Assembly: GCA_008632985.1 (NCBI GenBank)
Contig: QPGO01000015.1
Span: 683,998-747,997 of the forward strand
Length of the DNA stretch: 64,000 nucleotides
Reading direction: 5' to 3'
Source: Psammoneis japonica
Lineage: Eukaryota
Part shown: in pieces, positions 1 to 12,800 of the stretch
How positions within the stretch are numbered: the stretch's first letter is position 1
Layout of the letters: each line of letters opens with the position of its first letter
Notes under the pieces: model-generated
What the model saw: the letters and a program-made list of their open reading frames with translations, nothing else
Database searches by the model: none
What the model was told of the DNA's origin: nothing
Translations under genes and position numbers: made by a program

Positions 1-192
1 GTTTGGTGGAAATCAATCTAGTGCCTCAACGACGCCGGCGACTAACGCCACAAGCTCTGTTGTGAACGAAGCCAACATGGAACCAAAATCTGGATGAGTG
101 AAGTAACCATGTCTGGATGATAAGGCTCATCGGTTAAAGATGTGGATAGATTCAAAACTTTCTTAAAAAATCACCATATTGAATTGCTACAG

Positions 193-1605
193 TTATTCTG
201 ATCCCTCAGTCTCGGCAGGTTCCGCAGGAGGAATGTCTGCAAGCGCTCCAATGACGCATGCCGCTAAAATTACTGCACCACCAACGTATGAATTGGCGTT
301 CAGTTTCTCCTTTAGGAGCCAAGCGCTGAATATCGACGCCCAAACCGGCTCGCTGGAAAAAGTAAGCGCGGCTTCCGTGGCGTTGGCTCGTTGCAAGGCC
401 ACTCCTTGCAGAAAAATGGCGACCACAGTAGTCATGATACCCGTCCAGGCGATGGTTGCCAGTCGATGAGGCTCCAGCTAAAATTCAAGAGAAGACAAAT
501 TACAATGTGAGAGAGCTGAAGTTTGTATCAATCCATAAAGATGCTGAACAACACCCACCATGTACTCAAAGTTCGGCAAAGTTCCGTGATAATCGTACAG
601 TACCCACGCCAAGCTCAGTAAACCGACCACCACACATTCTGCAGCTGCTATTGTGATCACTCGATTCTCGACATCTTTGAACTTTTCGACGTAGTGCTCA
701 ATTCGCATGAAGCTGAAACCGAAACAGAGTGGTTGGCCAAGAGCAAGCAAGTCGCCCTTGCCTACGCCAAGAGAAGACGCAGCAGAAGCTAACCATCCCG
801 ATGATTCGGACGCTACTGAGGCTGTCGCATGCGGAGTGATGGCAGTTACAGTATCGGCAACAGCAGGCTGAATCCCCAACAAAGTAGTTACATCAATAAC
901 CCCTTCGAGTACCCCCACTCCCGACAGCGCAATCGCTGCTGTGACAAAATTGATTGGTTTGATTTCCTTTCCGAACAGCAAGGCAGAGAGTAGAGGCACG
1001 ACCACGACTGTAAGACTGCAAATAAAGGCACATTTTCCGGCGCCAATCGTTTCCAGCGCCATTGCTTGAGTGATATACCCGAACGTAATCCATAACCCGC
1101 ACTCCATTCCCCCCAAGATGACGTCCAGTCTTTGACCAATCAACAAAGGAGTGCTCACGAGGGCGGCGACACCGAATCGGGCAAATGCAGCTTCACTTGG
1201 AGGATGGGAACAAGGCGGATGAAAGCAAAGATTTTCAATATACTTGACAGCGGCAAAATTGGTCCCCCAAAGCATTGCAACAAACAGAAGCAGGCCTCTC
1301 GCCGCCCATATGCCAATCTCAGAGTTGTCCTCTCCCGACTCATTCGTCTGTGTCTTCACAGTTGGTAGGTTGAGCTCGTTGTCCTCGAAAATGACCGGAC
1401 TGAATGGTTCATCCTCCTTTCCGGAGTTCTCTGTCTCGAACACACCTTGCGGGGTTCTGTCGTCTAGTGGTGGCGGTTTCAAACTCAAGGCTAGCTTGGT
1501 CGACGTACCTGCACGACGCGAAGCCAAGTTAGGTGCAGGACCAGTAAATGCTGTCGTCGCGACGGCGAAGATCAAAGTCACCCCGAACACTGAGAGTCTT
1601 CTCAT
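193..1605 (-). CDS. EamA/DMT-family transporter, probably plastid-targeted; 2 exons (intron 478-558)
   Basis: ORFs 478..1605 and 193..435 join in frame through a GT..AG intron (PNFEYM|LEPHRLATIAWTGIMTT). It has multiple TM helices with EamA-like motifs (LWGTNF, SSEPVWASIFS..LL.E) and a signal peptide followed by TTAF, resembling the diatom ASAF plastid motif. Confidence 0.85.
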
Positions 1606-2404
1606 CTCTAATTAATTTACGGTATGATCAACTGATGACCAAAGCAAATCCAACTTGATTTGCGGCCCCTCTTTCGAAAAGGCAACTGTACGTCAATTAG
1701 ACAACCCGTCCTGTTTTCATCTAGCTTACGCTTGAGAAGGAACCAGCCACCAGCTTGTGCTTCCTGTGCTGCTTTCCTTCTTGCTTTCTCTCAAAACCAT
1801 TGATGTGGTGTGGTCTGTCGTGTGGCTGACACATCTGACGCCATGAGAAAGCGGAGTCAGTCCCGCTCCGCCACGCGTCAAAACGTCTGAGTGGATAAAT
1901 TCAGTCTTGTCTCATGTTGATTTCTACGCAGAAAACTCGACCATCTTTGATGGGATTCAAACCGCCACCAGCAGCCGCCGTGTTATTTCGCGCCGTTCGC
2001 TTGGTTGGACCAACTCGCCATGAGAGGAAAGAGTTCTCCACTGTCTATCCTGTAGCTAGAAGGGCTAAATCGACATGAAATCAAAGCTAGAGAGTCTGAC
2101 AATGAATGCAAAAGGACGAGCTGCATGGTGCATCTACGACTTGGAGAGCAACAGCAAACAAAGCACCGAATTGTATTCACGCACAATTCTGTGGTATGTT
2201 CTCCGCTTCTCAGACGGAAAATGATGCGCCCTTTAGCATCTTGCTGTTCTACTTGTAACATATTTTGTACTCTTCTACGTCATGCGAGTCAGTGCATCCG
2301 ATAATATCGACAGTTGACGCCTATAACATCCACACTGGTGACAATATACTTTACACAGTAATCCAACAGAGGATCGAGTGTATGCAAATCACTGGAATGA
2401 CCCT

Positions 2405-4777
2405 CTAGTCGTCCTTGTTCATATCGATGCCGCGTTTCCCTTCGCAACCTTTGGGTGTGAACCAGACCAAAGAGTACCGCTCTCCGCTGAACGGCATGGT
2501 CCAGTGTCGTTGCTTCCATCCATTGAACTCCGCAGGTTTGTACCTAATATCTTTCGTTTCCCCTTCAACAACCAGTTCTCCGCCTGAGTATGTTCCCAAA
2601 CCCACGATAAGGCTTATACTCTGTCCAGCACCAGCGCCAGAATCAACGTGGGGACGAAATTGAGCGTTTCTGTTTATGGCAATTGTTGAACTAGGCTCAC
2701 GATTAGGACAAAGTGAAACCTCTAACTCAAAGGCTGCTTTTACCAGTTCTGGAAACAGAGCGTTCGACTTGGGGTCATTGCTTCCACCATCGCTTGGCAT
2801 GTAGCCGACAGAGAAACTACCACTTGCGCCTCCTTCGCCTTCCGCGAAGGAATATGCAGAGGATGAATCGGTCGGCTTTGTATTCGCCTTTGCAATCATG
2901 CGCGCCATAGACAACGACATTGGTTGCTTTGAGCTAGCGGCTCCGAGTGATGTGTCATTACTGTCCGGATCGACATCGTCACGAGCAGAAGAAACCATGA
3001 CAAGCTGGCGTTTCGGAGTTGTTGATGGCCACAACCCACTTGCATTTGCTTCACGCAGCAATTTCAACACTTTCTCATATGCGACAGGAACCGTAGCATC
3101 AACCATGGAGATAGCTGTGGGCGTTAATGCCGTGGCAAGATCACTTTCGGCACATTCTTCAGCGGCGTCGGTCGTTTTCGTACCTTCGTGTTTGCCTTTT
3201 TGATCCTTCTTCCACTGTCGGTATTGCTGCAGCTGTTGGCGCGCAGTCTCCGCCCAAGGATTCAGAACATGTTCGGTCCAATGCTCCTCGGCAGATAGGC
3301 GCGCCGCGTCTGTAGGAGCTTCGTCATTTTGTGACCATGCCTTACATATTTCGCTCTGAACAGATGTTCGCCAGGCATCTACCTTCTGTAGAGTAGCTTG
3401 TGAATTCCAACCCCGATCGGCTGGATAGCGATCCGACACTCGAGGATTCAAGATTTTTTGGCACTTTCCCTCCCAGGTACCATATGCAGCGTCTCTTGCA
3501 TACAAACCAAGAGATGGGGAAGGTGGGGCTGGCACTAGATGCGGGTACTCTTCATCAAATATGCATTCGACAATGTCCGGATCAATGACGCCACGTACCA
3601 ACGCTACAAAGAGACCAATGACACGACAGGCTTGTCCATTCAAAAACAAATCCCCTGATAATCCCAAGACAAGAAAAGGTCGATCATCATGACGAAGCGT
3701 GGCAACGTGATGGAATCTATCAAGGCGCCGATACGCGAGATACTCGTGCGCCATGACGCGCGGCGTAAAGTTGTGAAAACGACGTCGCCTCAAAACGTTC
3801 TTGCCCTTTTTCGTCATTTCCTCTTCGTGTGGCTTCTTGTTTTGCTTGGCGTCTTTTTTGTCCTGTCGTTTCTGTCGCTTTTTGTCCTTGAATTGGCGTC
3901 TACGCGAGTTTCGTTTCTTTGTGTCATGGAAAGACTTCTCCATCACGGCGGCTTGATCAGAAGGATCCAGCTTGACGACACTTGTAGTGAGGGATTGCAT
4001 AATCTTCTTGAGCTTGAAGAGATAGGTAATTGTATCCAGGCTCGGCCGCTCTTTATCGTGTGTCTCGCTTTCAACATACGGAGAATCACCAGCAAAGAAA
4101 GGCAACGACTCCATAAACTCCTGGCGAGACATGGCGGAATCCTCCATGTAAAGGAAATCAGCGGGAAGAATATATTCCATTCGAACACGGGATACATCCA
4201 TTTCGGCATTGAATTTCTTCTGGGGCATTTCCAGGCAACCCAGGATTCGAATATTGCTGTTTGAGAGACGTTCAGAGACTTGCGCCATCCATTCCTCTGT
4301 CTTATCAGATTGAAAGCTTGTCTTGGGAACCTTACACATACACACTTCTGACACGGCACCGGTTCCATCGTCCTGCGCTGTGATATCAGTGCTTCGGGAA
4401 GTCGATCCGTACGAGCGATTCAGAGTTGCGCTCTCATCAGGTTTCATTCCGCATGTTTCTTGAACAGCTCGCAACATCAAACGCGCAGCATCATCGCCGT
4501 TCCTTATACTACTATGAGAGGCGTCATTGATCGGCGTGTCTTTGGAATAATCCCATACAAGGCACTCCTTGCTGGGCACATAGCCGTAGAGAAGCAAAAT
4601 CTTGATGTATTCTTTCGATTGAACGTAAAGCAAGAAGTTCTGATAGTCCTCTGCGTTGAGACACGTGCCATTTGTTTCTCGTAAATGACGAAAAACAGCA
4701 TTGCGGGAGGGGAAGTTGACCTGGCACCCATGACAGGCAACTGTGGTGTCTGGTTTCAGCGTTGCATTCGTCGTCAT
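2405..4777 (-). CDS. Fusion protein: C2H2-like zinc finger + TruA/Pus1-like pseudouridine synthase fold + C-terminal 2OG-Fe(II) dioxygenase
   Basis: 790-aa ORF. N-terminal CHGC..F.SRN..F.HL; TruA-like RRFHNFT and LSGDLFLNGQACRVIG segments; C-terminal HVD...H...RYS dioxygenase motif (FRPHVDSG, HWTMPFSGERYSLVWF). Confidence 0.65.
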   Translation of the reverse strand: MTTNATLKPDTTVACHGCQVNFPSRNAVFRHLRETNGTCLNAEDYQNFLLYVQSKEYIKILLLYGYVPSKECLVWDYSKDTPINDASHSSIRNGDDAARLMLRAVQETCGMKPDESATLNRSYGSTSRSTDITAQDDGTGAVSEVCMCKVPKTSFQSDKTEEWMAQVSERLSNSNIRILGCLEMPQKKFNAEMDVSRVRMEYILPADFLYMEDSAMSRQEFMESLPFFAGDSPYVESETHDKERPSLDTITYLFKLKKIMQSLTTSVVKLDPSDQAAVMEKSFHDTKKRNSRRRQFKDKKRQKRQDKKDAKQNKKPHEEEMTKKGKNVLRRRRFHNFTPRVMAHEYLAYRRLDRFHHVATLRHDDRPFLVLGLSGDLFLNGQACRVIGLFVALVRGVIDPDIVECIFDEEYPHLVPAPPSPSLGLYARDAAYGTWEGKCQKILNPRVSDRYPADRGWNSQATLQKVDAWRTSVQSEICKAWSQNDEAPTDAARLSAEEHWTEHVLNPWAETARQQLQQYRQWKKDQKGKHEGTKTTDAAEECAESDLATALTPTAISMVDATVPVAYEKVLKLLREANASGLWPSTTPKRQLVMVSSARDDVDPDSNDTSLGAASSKQPMSLSMARMIAKANTKPTDSSSAYSFAEGEGGASGSFSVGYMPSDGGSNDPKSNALFPELVKAAFELEVSLCPNREPSSTIAINRNAQFRPHVDSGAGAGQSISLIVGLGTYSGGELVVEGETKDIRYKPAEFNGWKQRHWTMPFSGERYSLVWFTPKGCEGKRGIDMNKDD

Positions 4778-5014
4778 GGTTGATGGCTACTGTGACCTTG
4801 CTTTTTGCTTTTGACTTTGAGGTATGCCGCGGGAGCGGGTGGGATGGACGGGCGGAGTTTCAAGGTTATGCGCCCCAAGATTTTGCGCGGGAAGAAGCTC
4901 GTGACATTACGACTCCTCCTCCTCCTCCTCGCGTGCAGAGAAGATACCGGGTAGGCCCTATGATGAACGATGCGATGAAAGACCTCAAAAGATCGACATC
5001 ACGACGTCAACACC

Positions 5015-6607
5015 ATGGCACACGACGGCCGCGAAAGTCTCGTCACACGTAGCTCAGTCGCACTTGCCAATGCCCCGCCCCGCGCCCCACCCCATGACTC
5101 GGCACATCGAAGGCTTTTGCTGGCGCTGGATCCGTCCGAGGCGGCGCTAGCACGTCATCACACACAAGAGGAGGGGAGTGACGATCGTCACCATCATAGC
5201 ATTCAAAAACATTCCATGACGCTACTGAGAAGATATCATATCGGCCCATTGAGAATGCCTCATCCGCATCTTCCGGCCGGTCCCGAGCTTGGAGATCAAA
5301 TCACCAGAGCGTTGGGTGTCATTCTCCCGTTGTCGTGGCAGAATCGTTGCCGTACGTTTACGTGCAAAAATTTCTTTGCTATGGAGCTTGGAGCTACTCT
5401 GACTAAACATTACTTCTACTTTCTTGTTCCCAAGGTGACTCTGGAGGGTTCCGTTTCATCAGCGATTGGGTTGTGACTTGCTCCGTGCCAACTCTCGCAC
5501 TGGTAAACCCGTCGGCGACTCTTCAATTCTTACGGCTGACACGAGCGCGTAAACGGATAAGATATGGCGAGCATCGAATGCATGTTCTCGATTTGTTTCT
5601 TCCCCAAAATGGTACGGAAGGAGGAGAAGAAACCCAAGGGTTGGTGTTTTTTGTGGTGCGTTTCATCTTTAGTTACCGTTGCTTGGATTGCCACATATGC
5701 GTAATGTTGCTTCTTGCAAACTCATATTTCCCCGCCTTGATTATACCAAGCACGGGGGCGCCTGGGGTTCGGGAGTCCCTTGGTTTTACAGGCTCGTAGT
5801 CTTGCCTTTTCTTGAAATGAACATGGCGGTGGCAGTCGTTGGTTATCGGACGTATCCCGACGCTGACGCCGACGGCCAGGTCAGAGATCTGGAAGAAGCA
5901 TGGTCAACCCTGAAGAGCCAATTCCCTGGCTTGTGCAAAAGTCGGAGAGAGAAGAAAGGACAAATTCGCGCAACGAAATTGGAGTTGGCCTTATTGGACA
6001 CTCATCTGGCGCTCACATTGCTCTGCTCATGCTCGTGAACCGCATCAAGGAGAGGATCGACGCGGTGACGGACCAATGTCAGAGCAGCAAAAGTTTTATC
6101 AAAATTGGCACAAAAGCACCTATAATTGATTTTGATTCCTTTGTGGGACTTTCGGGTCCTTATGACATATCTCATCATTTCGACTATGAGGCTGGTCGTG
6201 GCGTCGAAGAGCTGAGCCCAATGAAACCTGCTTGTGGGTACTCTCGTGAGGAATTCCGACGAAACTCCCCGGTGTTTCGCTTGCGCCAAGTGTTGTCAAC
6301 GTTCTCGGAAAGTGACTCCATCTGCTTGGATCGCTTTCTCCCTCCCCTTCTTTTAATACACGGTATCGAAGACAATGTTGTTCCCTTCACTGCTACGGCA
6401 GATGCTGCTCGAATGCTCCGATCCTGCGGAGCATCTAAATGCGACGAAGTCTACCTTGCACAAACAGGCCATCAGGATGTCGTAATGCATCTCATGCTTG
6501 GTGGTAAGGCTCAAGATGTTGTTGTTGAATGGATGAGATCAAGGGCGGATGATGAGGATATCGAACCTTCAGCTCGAGTGAATATGCTTGTTTCTAGTAA
6601 ACTCTGA
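5015..6607 (+). CDS. Alpha/beta hydrolase, isoprenylcysteine methylesterase (ICME)-like; spliced, one apparent frameshift near 5945; start uncertain (5015 or 5216)
   Basis: Motifs are spread across ORFs: RYGEH..HVLDLF, FFV|HGGAWGSG (across intron ~5656-5749), GYRTYP, GHSSGAH nucleophile elbow, GLSGPYDI, HGIEDNVVP, GHQD. Confidence 0.8.
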
Positions 6608-6918
6608 TGGACGCTCTTTCGTATTAGTACGCGAAGAGTCTCTTGCGACAACACACTCGATTACAATGCGCATCATGCTTGGACTGTGGTAGCAAGAGCT
6701 GATGTCTGAAGGTAGTTGAGAACAATGGTAAATGATAAGAGTGGCGCAACTACAGATCGAGTCAAGACAAAAAAAGTTATAGATATTACGGTACGGGAAC
6801 AACACATCGTTTCACCACGGAAGTGACAATTCATTTTGAATTCACAGTCCCTGTTTCGGTGCGTACATACAAAACTAAGGTAATTAATTTCTCAGTGAAG
6901 AAAAGTCGCACTAACCTT

Positions 6919-8164
6919 CTAAGAGAGGTTGTATTGAGTTTGCTCAACAAGCTCTTCTTCGTGTCCGAAGTTTCCACCTGCGAGGGCGATGAAAAGAAGA
7001 AGCGTTAGCATAAAGAGAACGAACTTTTAGTTAAAACGAACACAAGTTATGATGTGGCAACAACTTACCCTTTTTCTTCTTCGCGTAAACGAATGCTCCA
7101 ACGGCGAAAACGGCGACTAGACCTCCGAACAGTGCTGCGTAGAAGGTGCTTCCGCTACTCCATCCCATTTGGTAGGCATTGTAGCCACTGAATTCTCCAT
7201 TCTTCAGAGACTTGATAATGCTGCATCCATACTCGTCCTTGTAATAGGTGTCCAAGTTTGTCTCACACCTGGCAGCAACGTTGTAAGTTTCTTCGCAAAA
7301 CTGCGACACCTCGTCATTGTCCTCATAGTCCCCGTCGTTTTTGTTCTGAGGTTCCAAACAGGAGATGCATTCAGACTGGATAAGGGAAGTTTGAGCGTAT
7401 GGAAGCTCATCACCACCCGAGAGAAGCTCGTAGACGTATGTACCTGAGCTGTGAGCGCTCTGGCAATCCTCGTCCGTGAAGACGCCCAAGTTAATGTTGA
7501 TTCCGTCTTCGTTGCACACAGGACCAACGAAGAACTGGTATTCATCCCGTCTCTGTTGAAGCTCACGGTTGTTGTTGTTGTTATCGTCGTTATCGGGCAT
7601 CATATCCTGAATGTTTACACACTCGCCGTACCGTTCCTCTTCGCCTTGCTCCTCGGAACAGGACTTCCAGTCCATGTCTTGTTCGCCATACTCATTGAAG
7701 CAGTAGTATAGACAACCGTTGTTGTCTCCTTCACAGCCACATATTTCTCTCATTTGCTCACACTTGAAGCGAACAGCCTCCAGCTTGGACTCCATGTACG
7801 AGTCGAGAAACGTCTGAATATCAACAACGTACTCTCCATAGTAGCTGCTGGAGCAGGTCGAGCCGGAGCAGGAATCGGAGGGGCAGAGGATGTAGCGAAC
7901 GAGAGTTTGCTGCATGTATCCATTGTCGGTGTATCCGGTCTCGTTGTAGCACCCTTGGTAAATAAGGGAATGGGTAGCGACAAAGGTTTCGTCAAAGTAC
8001 CATCCGTCCTCGAGCTTACGGAGTTCGAGAGAGCTGTCCATGAGCTTCCGGGCGGCGTTCGAGTTTGCATCGAAATCATGCATCTTGAGAGTTTGGAAAC
8101 CCTTGGTACCACCAGCAGTCACACCAGCCGTAATGGCCGAAAGAGTAGTTAAACCGAGCTTCAT
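6919..8164 (-). CDS. Silicanin-1-like single-pass membrane protein (diatom silica deposition vesicle family)
   Basis: Signal peptide, RXL motifs (RKL, RKLE, RELQQ), Cys-rich acidic/Asn-rich luminal domain (FVGPVC..G..INLGVFTD..C, C.SC.E, C...Y..A..CE), C-terminal TM and basic stop-transfer. A 3' intron with a CTAAC branch site leads to a short last exon (GNFGHEEELVEQTQYNLS*). Confidence 0.7.
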
Positions 8165-8973
8165 CTTCTACTACAGTGTTTTGAACTTGAAGGAAAGAAC
8201 GATTTCAGATTAGACCACAAGAGAATGACAATTCCAAGCTAGACTAATTGACACATTTCAGAGCACTTACAACAACAAACAGGAACTTGTGACAAAAGTG
8301 AACAGATTGGATCGAAAACAAAAGCGTTCCCTAACAACTATGGCGAGCGTGGGCGAACGATAATGCCAAAAAGTTGGAGGATGGTGGGGTATTTTGTGAC
8401 GATCTGGCGATGAAGCACGGCCAACGCAAATTTTGTATCGCCATTCTACCGTTGGCGATCTGATGCTTCTATTTATCATTCGAACCTTAATACGTTTACG
8501 AATTCATATTTCTTAGGGAGGATATAGGTACCGGTATTACAGTATCAATTTTGAATGCAAAGATTGTCACACTCAAATCCTTTCCGAGCCCATTTTGGCG
8601 ATTCACCTTTATGTCATTTTTAATGATAAAGATTTATGTCTGAAAATATATATAAAATGAATTTTCGAAAATTTCGTGCATGTGATATAAGTTCAAAATG
8701 TACATGTTTTTCCATACAGTACTACATGTTACGTCTGTCCTCCGTGCAGCACTGTAAGGGCATCTCTGAGCCTCACGCACGCACATCCATCCATTTCTCG
8801 TCTGCTCTTTCCAGCAACACCCAACCCGCCCAGCCAAGAACGCTTGCTATTAGACCTAGTAGTTGGAATGTTGTTGCCTTTCAAACTCTTCAAAGTAGGC
8901 TCTTTTCTCGATAGAAAAATCAACATTTGGCAACGATAATTTACTTTTCTTTGGTGAAGACAAGTAACGAACC

Positions 8974-9756
8974 ATGCCGCAGCACGAGCATATGGAACGA
9001 CATCGCAAACTCCACGGCCGTCGCCTGGATGCCGAGGAGAGAGAGCGGAAGAAGGAAGCCCGATTAGCTCATAAGCGCTCTCACTTTGCTCAAAAGGTGC
9101 ACGGTATTCGCGCCAAGCTGTACAATGAGCGTCGGTTCCGAGAGAAGGCCACCATGCGCAAGACGATGGCTCAGCACAATGAGCGAAATAACAAGCACGC
9201 AAACGATGAGGCTGTTGCCGATGGTGCGGTTCCGGCGTACCTATTGGACCGAGAGGGCGTGAGCAGGGCGAAGGTTTTGAGCAATACAGTCAAGCAGAAG
9301 CGAAAAGAGAAGGCGGGCAAGTGGGAAGTACCTATTCCCAAGGTCAAGCCCGTAGCGGATGATGAAATGTTCAAGGTTATGAGAACTGGATCGAAGAAGC
9401 AGAAGGCGTGGAAGCGAGTGGTAACGAAATGCACATTTGTAGGAGAGAATTTCACTAGAAAAGCTCCCAAGTATGAGAGATTCATCCGACCGTCAGGTCT
9501 GCGAATGAAGAAAGCCAATGTCACGCATCCTGAACTCAAAACGAGCTTTCAGCTAGATATTCTCGGAGTCAAGAAGAATCCGAGCTCGCAATTATATACA
9601 AATCTTGGCGTCATGACCAAGGGAACTGTCATCGAAGTCAATGTAAGTGACTTGGGTCTCGTGACAACATCAGGAAAGGTCGCCTGGGGAAAGATGGCTC
9701 AAGTTACAAACAACCCAGAACTGGATGGATGCGTCAATGCCGTTCTGCTTGTATAA
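8974..9756 (+). CDS. NSA2: Ribosome biogenesis protein NSA2
   Basis: 260 aa with the conserved start [16 protein letters not shown] and end [15 protein letters not shown]. Confidence 0.97.
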   Translation: MPQHEHMERHRKLHGRRLDAEERERKKEARLAHKRSHFAQKVHGIRAKLYNERRFREKATMRKTMAQHNERNNKHANDEAVADGAVPAYLLDREGVSRAKVLSNTVKQKRKEKAGKWEVPIPKVKPVADDEMFKVMRTGSKKQKAWKRVVTKCTFVGENFTRKAPKYERFIRPSGLRMKKANVTHPELKTSFQLDILGVKKNPSSQLYTNLGVMTKGTVIEVNVSDLGLVTTSGKVAWGKMAQVTNNPELDGCVNAVLLV

Positions 9757-9802
9757 TTGAATTTTATGGTTCTCTTTTAACATCACTTGTTGTTGGCGAG
9801 CC

Positions 9803-12800
9803 TTACAGTGTAGATATTGCTTTCCTGACGTCTTCTACAAGTCTCTCTGCGCCATCTCCATCACGACAGAGCAACCTCCACCTGTGCGTTCGTTGCAACC
9901 TGTGCTGTGGTCGAATGACAATAGTGATGGACCTGGGGTCTGCATCCGCAGCAAGGACGTCAACAACTTGGCTCAATTCAGCGGATTCCACTAGCGTCAA
10001 GCGGACATCTCCCAATTTCGTTTCGTCAGCCACTTCGTATGAACCCGTTGATCCATCTCCAACATAGTCTTCGTCCAAGAGAAACAGCCCAGAGTCGGAT
10101 ACGACGCATGCTCTTCGAACTGTGCCACGGTCGCCGTGTTTCCATCTCTGTTGCAATACTTGGTAGTGAAGCACGACGTCAACCACCTTTGGAGCGACAG
10201 CTGCGGATAGCGCATCAAGAAGTTGCTTGTCGTCATTGCCAATGATGATGGAATCTTCGACGTTATCAGTGATGCTCGAGGGCGTCGATTCCTTCACGTG
10301 CTCTTGCAGTTGGCGAAGCAGAGCTATGGTGTTGAGCTTATTGCAGGTAATGAGGACGTAGGTGAACTCCTTACGTTCAGATCCCCAGAGAAGCGAAATG
10401 GAGAGTCAGTCTCTGAAAGCCAAAGCCAATCGTTATCCTGTGCAGTAAGCTCACTGGGTGTCGTGCTACAGCATGAGGCCAAGGTGCGTCTTCGAAAAGC
10501 GCAGCCTCGGGAATTGGCAACGGAAACTGACGCTTGTTCAGTTTCTTCTGAGCTTGAATGGTTACAGCATCGTAGTCTGAAATGAGGTATATTGCCGCGC
10601 TCGAAGAGCAAAAAATCATTCTCCGTCGCTCTGAGACTGTAGCGAGCTTCCCCTGTGCAAACAAAATATCACCGTGAAAACCTCGACGTGGCGTTTTGTT
10701 GGGGGCAAGACGTGATGCAGCTAGCTTTCCACAGGCAACAACTTCTTCGCTCCAGACGTGACGAAAGCTCTCTCGAGAGTCTAGCTTGTTCAAGCCTTCA
10801 CAGAGGCGACGATCTGCTTTGCTCAACTGAATCCGAGGCATTGTGCGTAACTCGATCGCGGACGAGGCATCTTCGCTTGCTTTGTCGTACCAAGGCTGTT
10901 GCAGTGTTGCGCTCGGGTTTGGAAATACAAAGCACTGGAAGTACAGCTCAAGATTTACCAAGACATTGAGGTGGGAATATGCAACAGGTCCGTCATATAA
11001 AGAAGTTTCCTCGGCAGACCGCCACGAAAATTTGGTACTGTTGTCTTGGCTCTTACTCTTGGCACCTTTAGTAGGTGAACCTTCGTCATCCCATAAAACT
11101 TCAGGAAAATCAGTTGTTTTGAGTATCGCCCCAACAACGGTTTCATTTATCGGAGGTGCTTCTCTCGTTGCAGTTGCATCCGTGTTGATCTCCACATCTG
11201 ATTGAAATACTTCTTCGCTATTACCCCGCTCCAAATAATCGCCAGCCATTGACTCTTTGTTAAAGCTTCCTCACTCACTCCGTTGTAACCGGCGCTGCAG
11301 TATCTTGAGCTATCTTTGGCTTCTCTGTGCCATTCACGAAAGTTTTCTCTTCGCCGTTGCTGGACTTCTCGTCCGAAACGACATGCTCGTCTTCATCATA
11401 CCGATTTCCTGCACTTTCGTCATGGGATTGAACTGTTGAAAGTGAAAGCAAACTTAATTCTGCGACAGAGTCTGACTCATCACAATGTGAAAGTACTGCC
11501 TCAGAGCGTGCGTTGTCATCGATCTTCGAGGAAGCAGCTTCTAACTGAGCGGCGGTGTGAGTTGGAGGAACAGGCGCCAGACTCGCGCAAGGCTTTTCAA
11601 CCTGTCCAGCGTAGACATTAGTGACTGCTAACGCTTTTTCCTCTTCAACGAGCACGTCTGTTGGAAGAGACTCTATTGCTGTGGAGGTAGAGTTCGGGAG
11701 ACTTGAAATTACGTCCTGGACTGTGAACTTCACGAGAAAGCCTGTCCTTTCAAAACTGTTCGCGATGTCCCCTGTTTTGGTCCCTGACGAGCATATTCAA
11801 AGCGTAGAGTTGATGGAACGCTGTCTGTGTTCGTAGCATCTTCGTCAATGGACACCTTTCGACTTCGGACCTGGCGAGTTACACGACTTACGTGTTGCCT
11901 AGATGAAATGGCCCTTGAAACCACTTCAACATCGTTTGAAGGTACAGATTCAAATATAGGTTCGTTGTTGTAAGAACTTGTAGTGCCATTAATTGGAAGT
12001 GACCCCTTCGCGTCCTTGTCGCCAATCATCGGACCGTCGCCGGTTTTGCCAGCGCTGCTGATGGAGTGAAAAGTAAGATAACGTAGAGCCATCAGTTCCC
12101 TCTTGGTTGCAGCTCGGCCATCAATTGACGGTAAGATTTGAAGCAATTGTCTGTAAGTAGCATTTGCGGTTATGGAAGTGAAACGGCATTCTCGAAACAG
12201 GTTCAGAAGATCAACCCTGTACTTTTTTGGATCTAGAGGATGCGCAACAGGCGATAGAACAATCAGTCGCGGTTTGCTTCGGAAACGACAATGCGCAGCA
12301 AAGAATACAACTAAACTTACTTCCACGCTCGAGGGGTTCCCATGCAGGTCGAGAAGGGACAGCTCGGGCAGCTTCGCCAATCCGGCAACGTCAGCAAGAT
12401 CCTTTATGTTGTTGCGGTCAAGAGCTAGCTGCTCCAAGGAATACAAACGGTCAAGACCCCGAGAGCTCCTTAACCGATTCCCGGATAGCAGCAATATTTT
12501 TAAATTACCTATCATTTTGAAAGCACCATCCATGCTGAGGATATTACCGAATGAGGTGAGTGTGACAAGGTGCGTTCGGACCGAAGTTGGTCGCTTCCGT
12601 CAAAATAACTTACCAAGAAAGTCTGTTGAAGGACAAGTCTAGCTTGGAAAGATAGGGTAACGAAGCAAGTCCAGCAAATGCAGTAGGAGAAAATACAATA
12701 TCGTTGTGAGCAAGACTCAATGACACTAAATTCGTCAAGCGAGACAAGGGGGGAATCACAATCGAACGCCGCAGCGAAGGCACATCAGAATCGCCATCAT

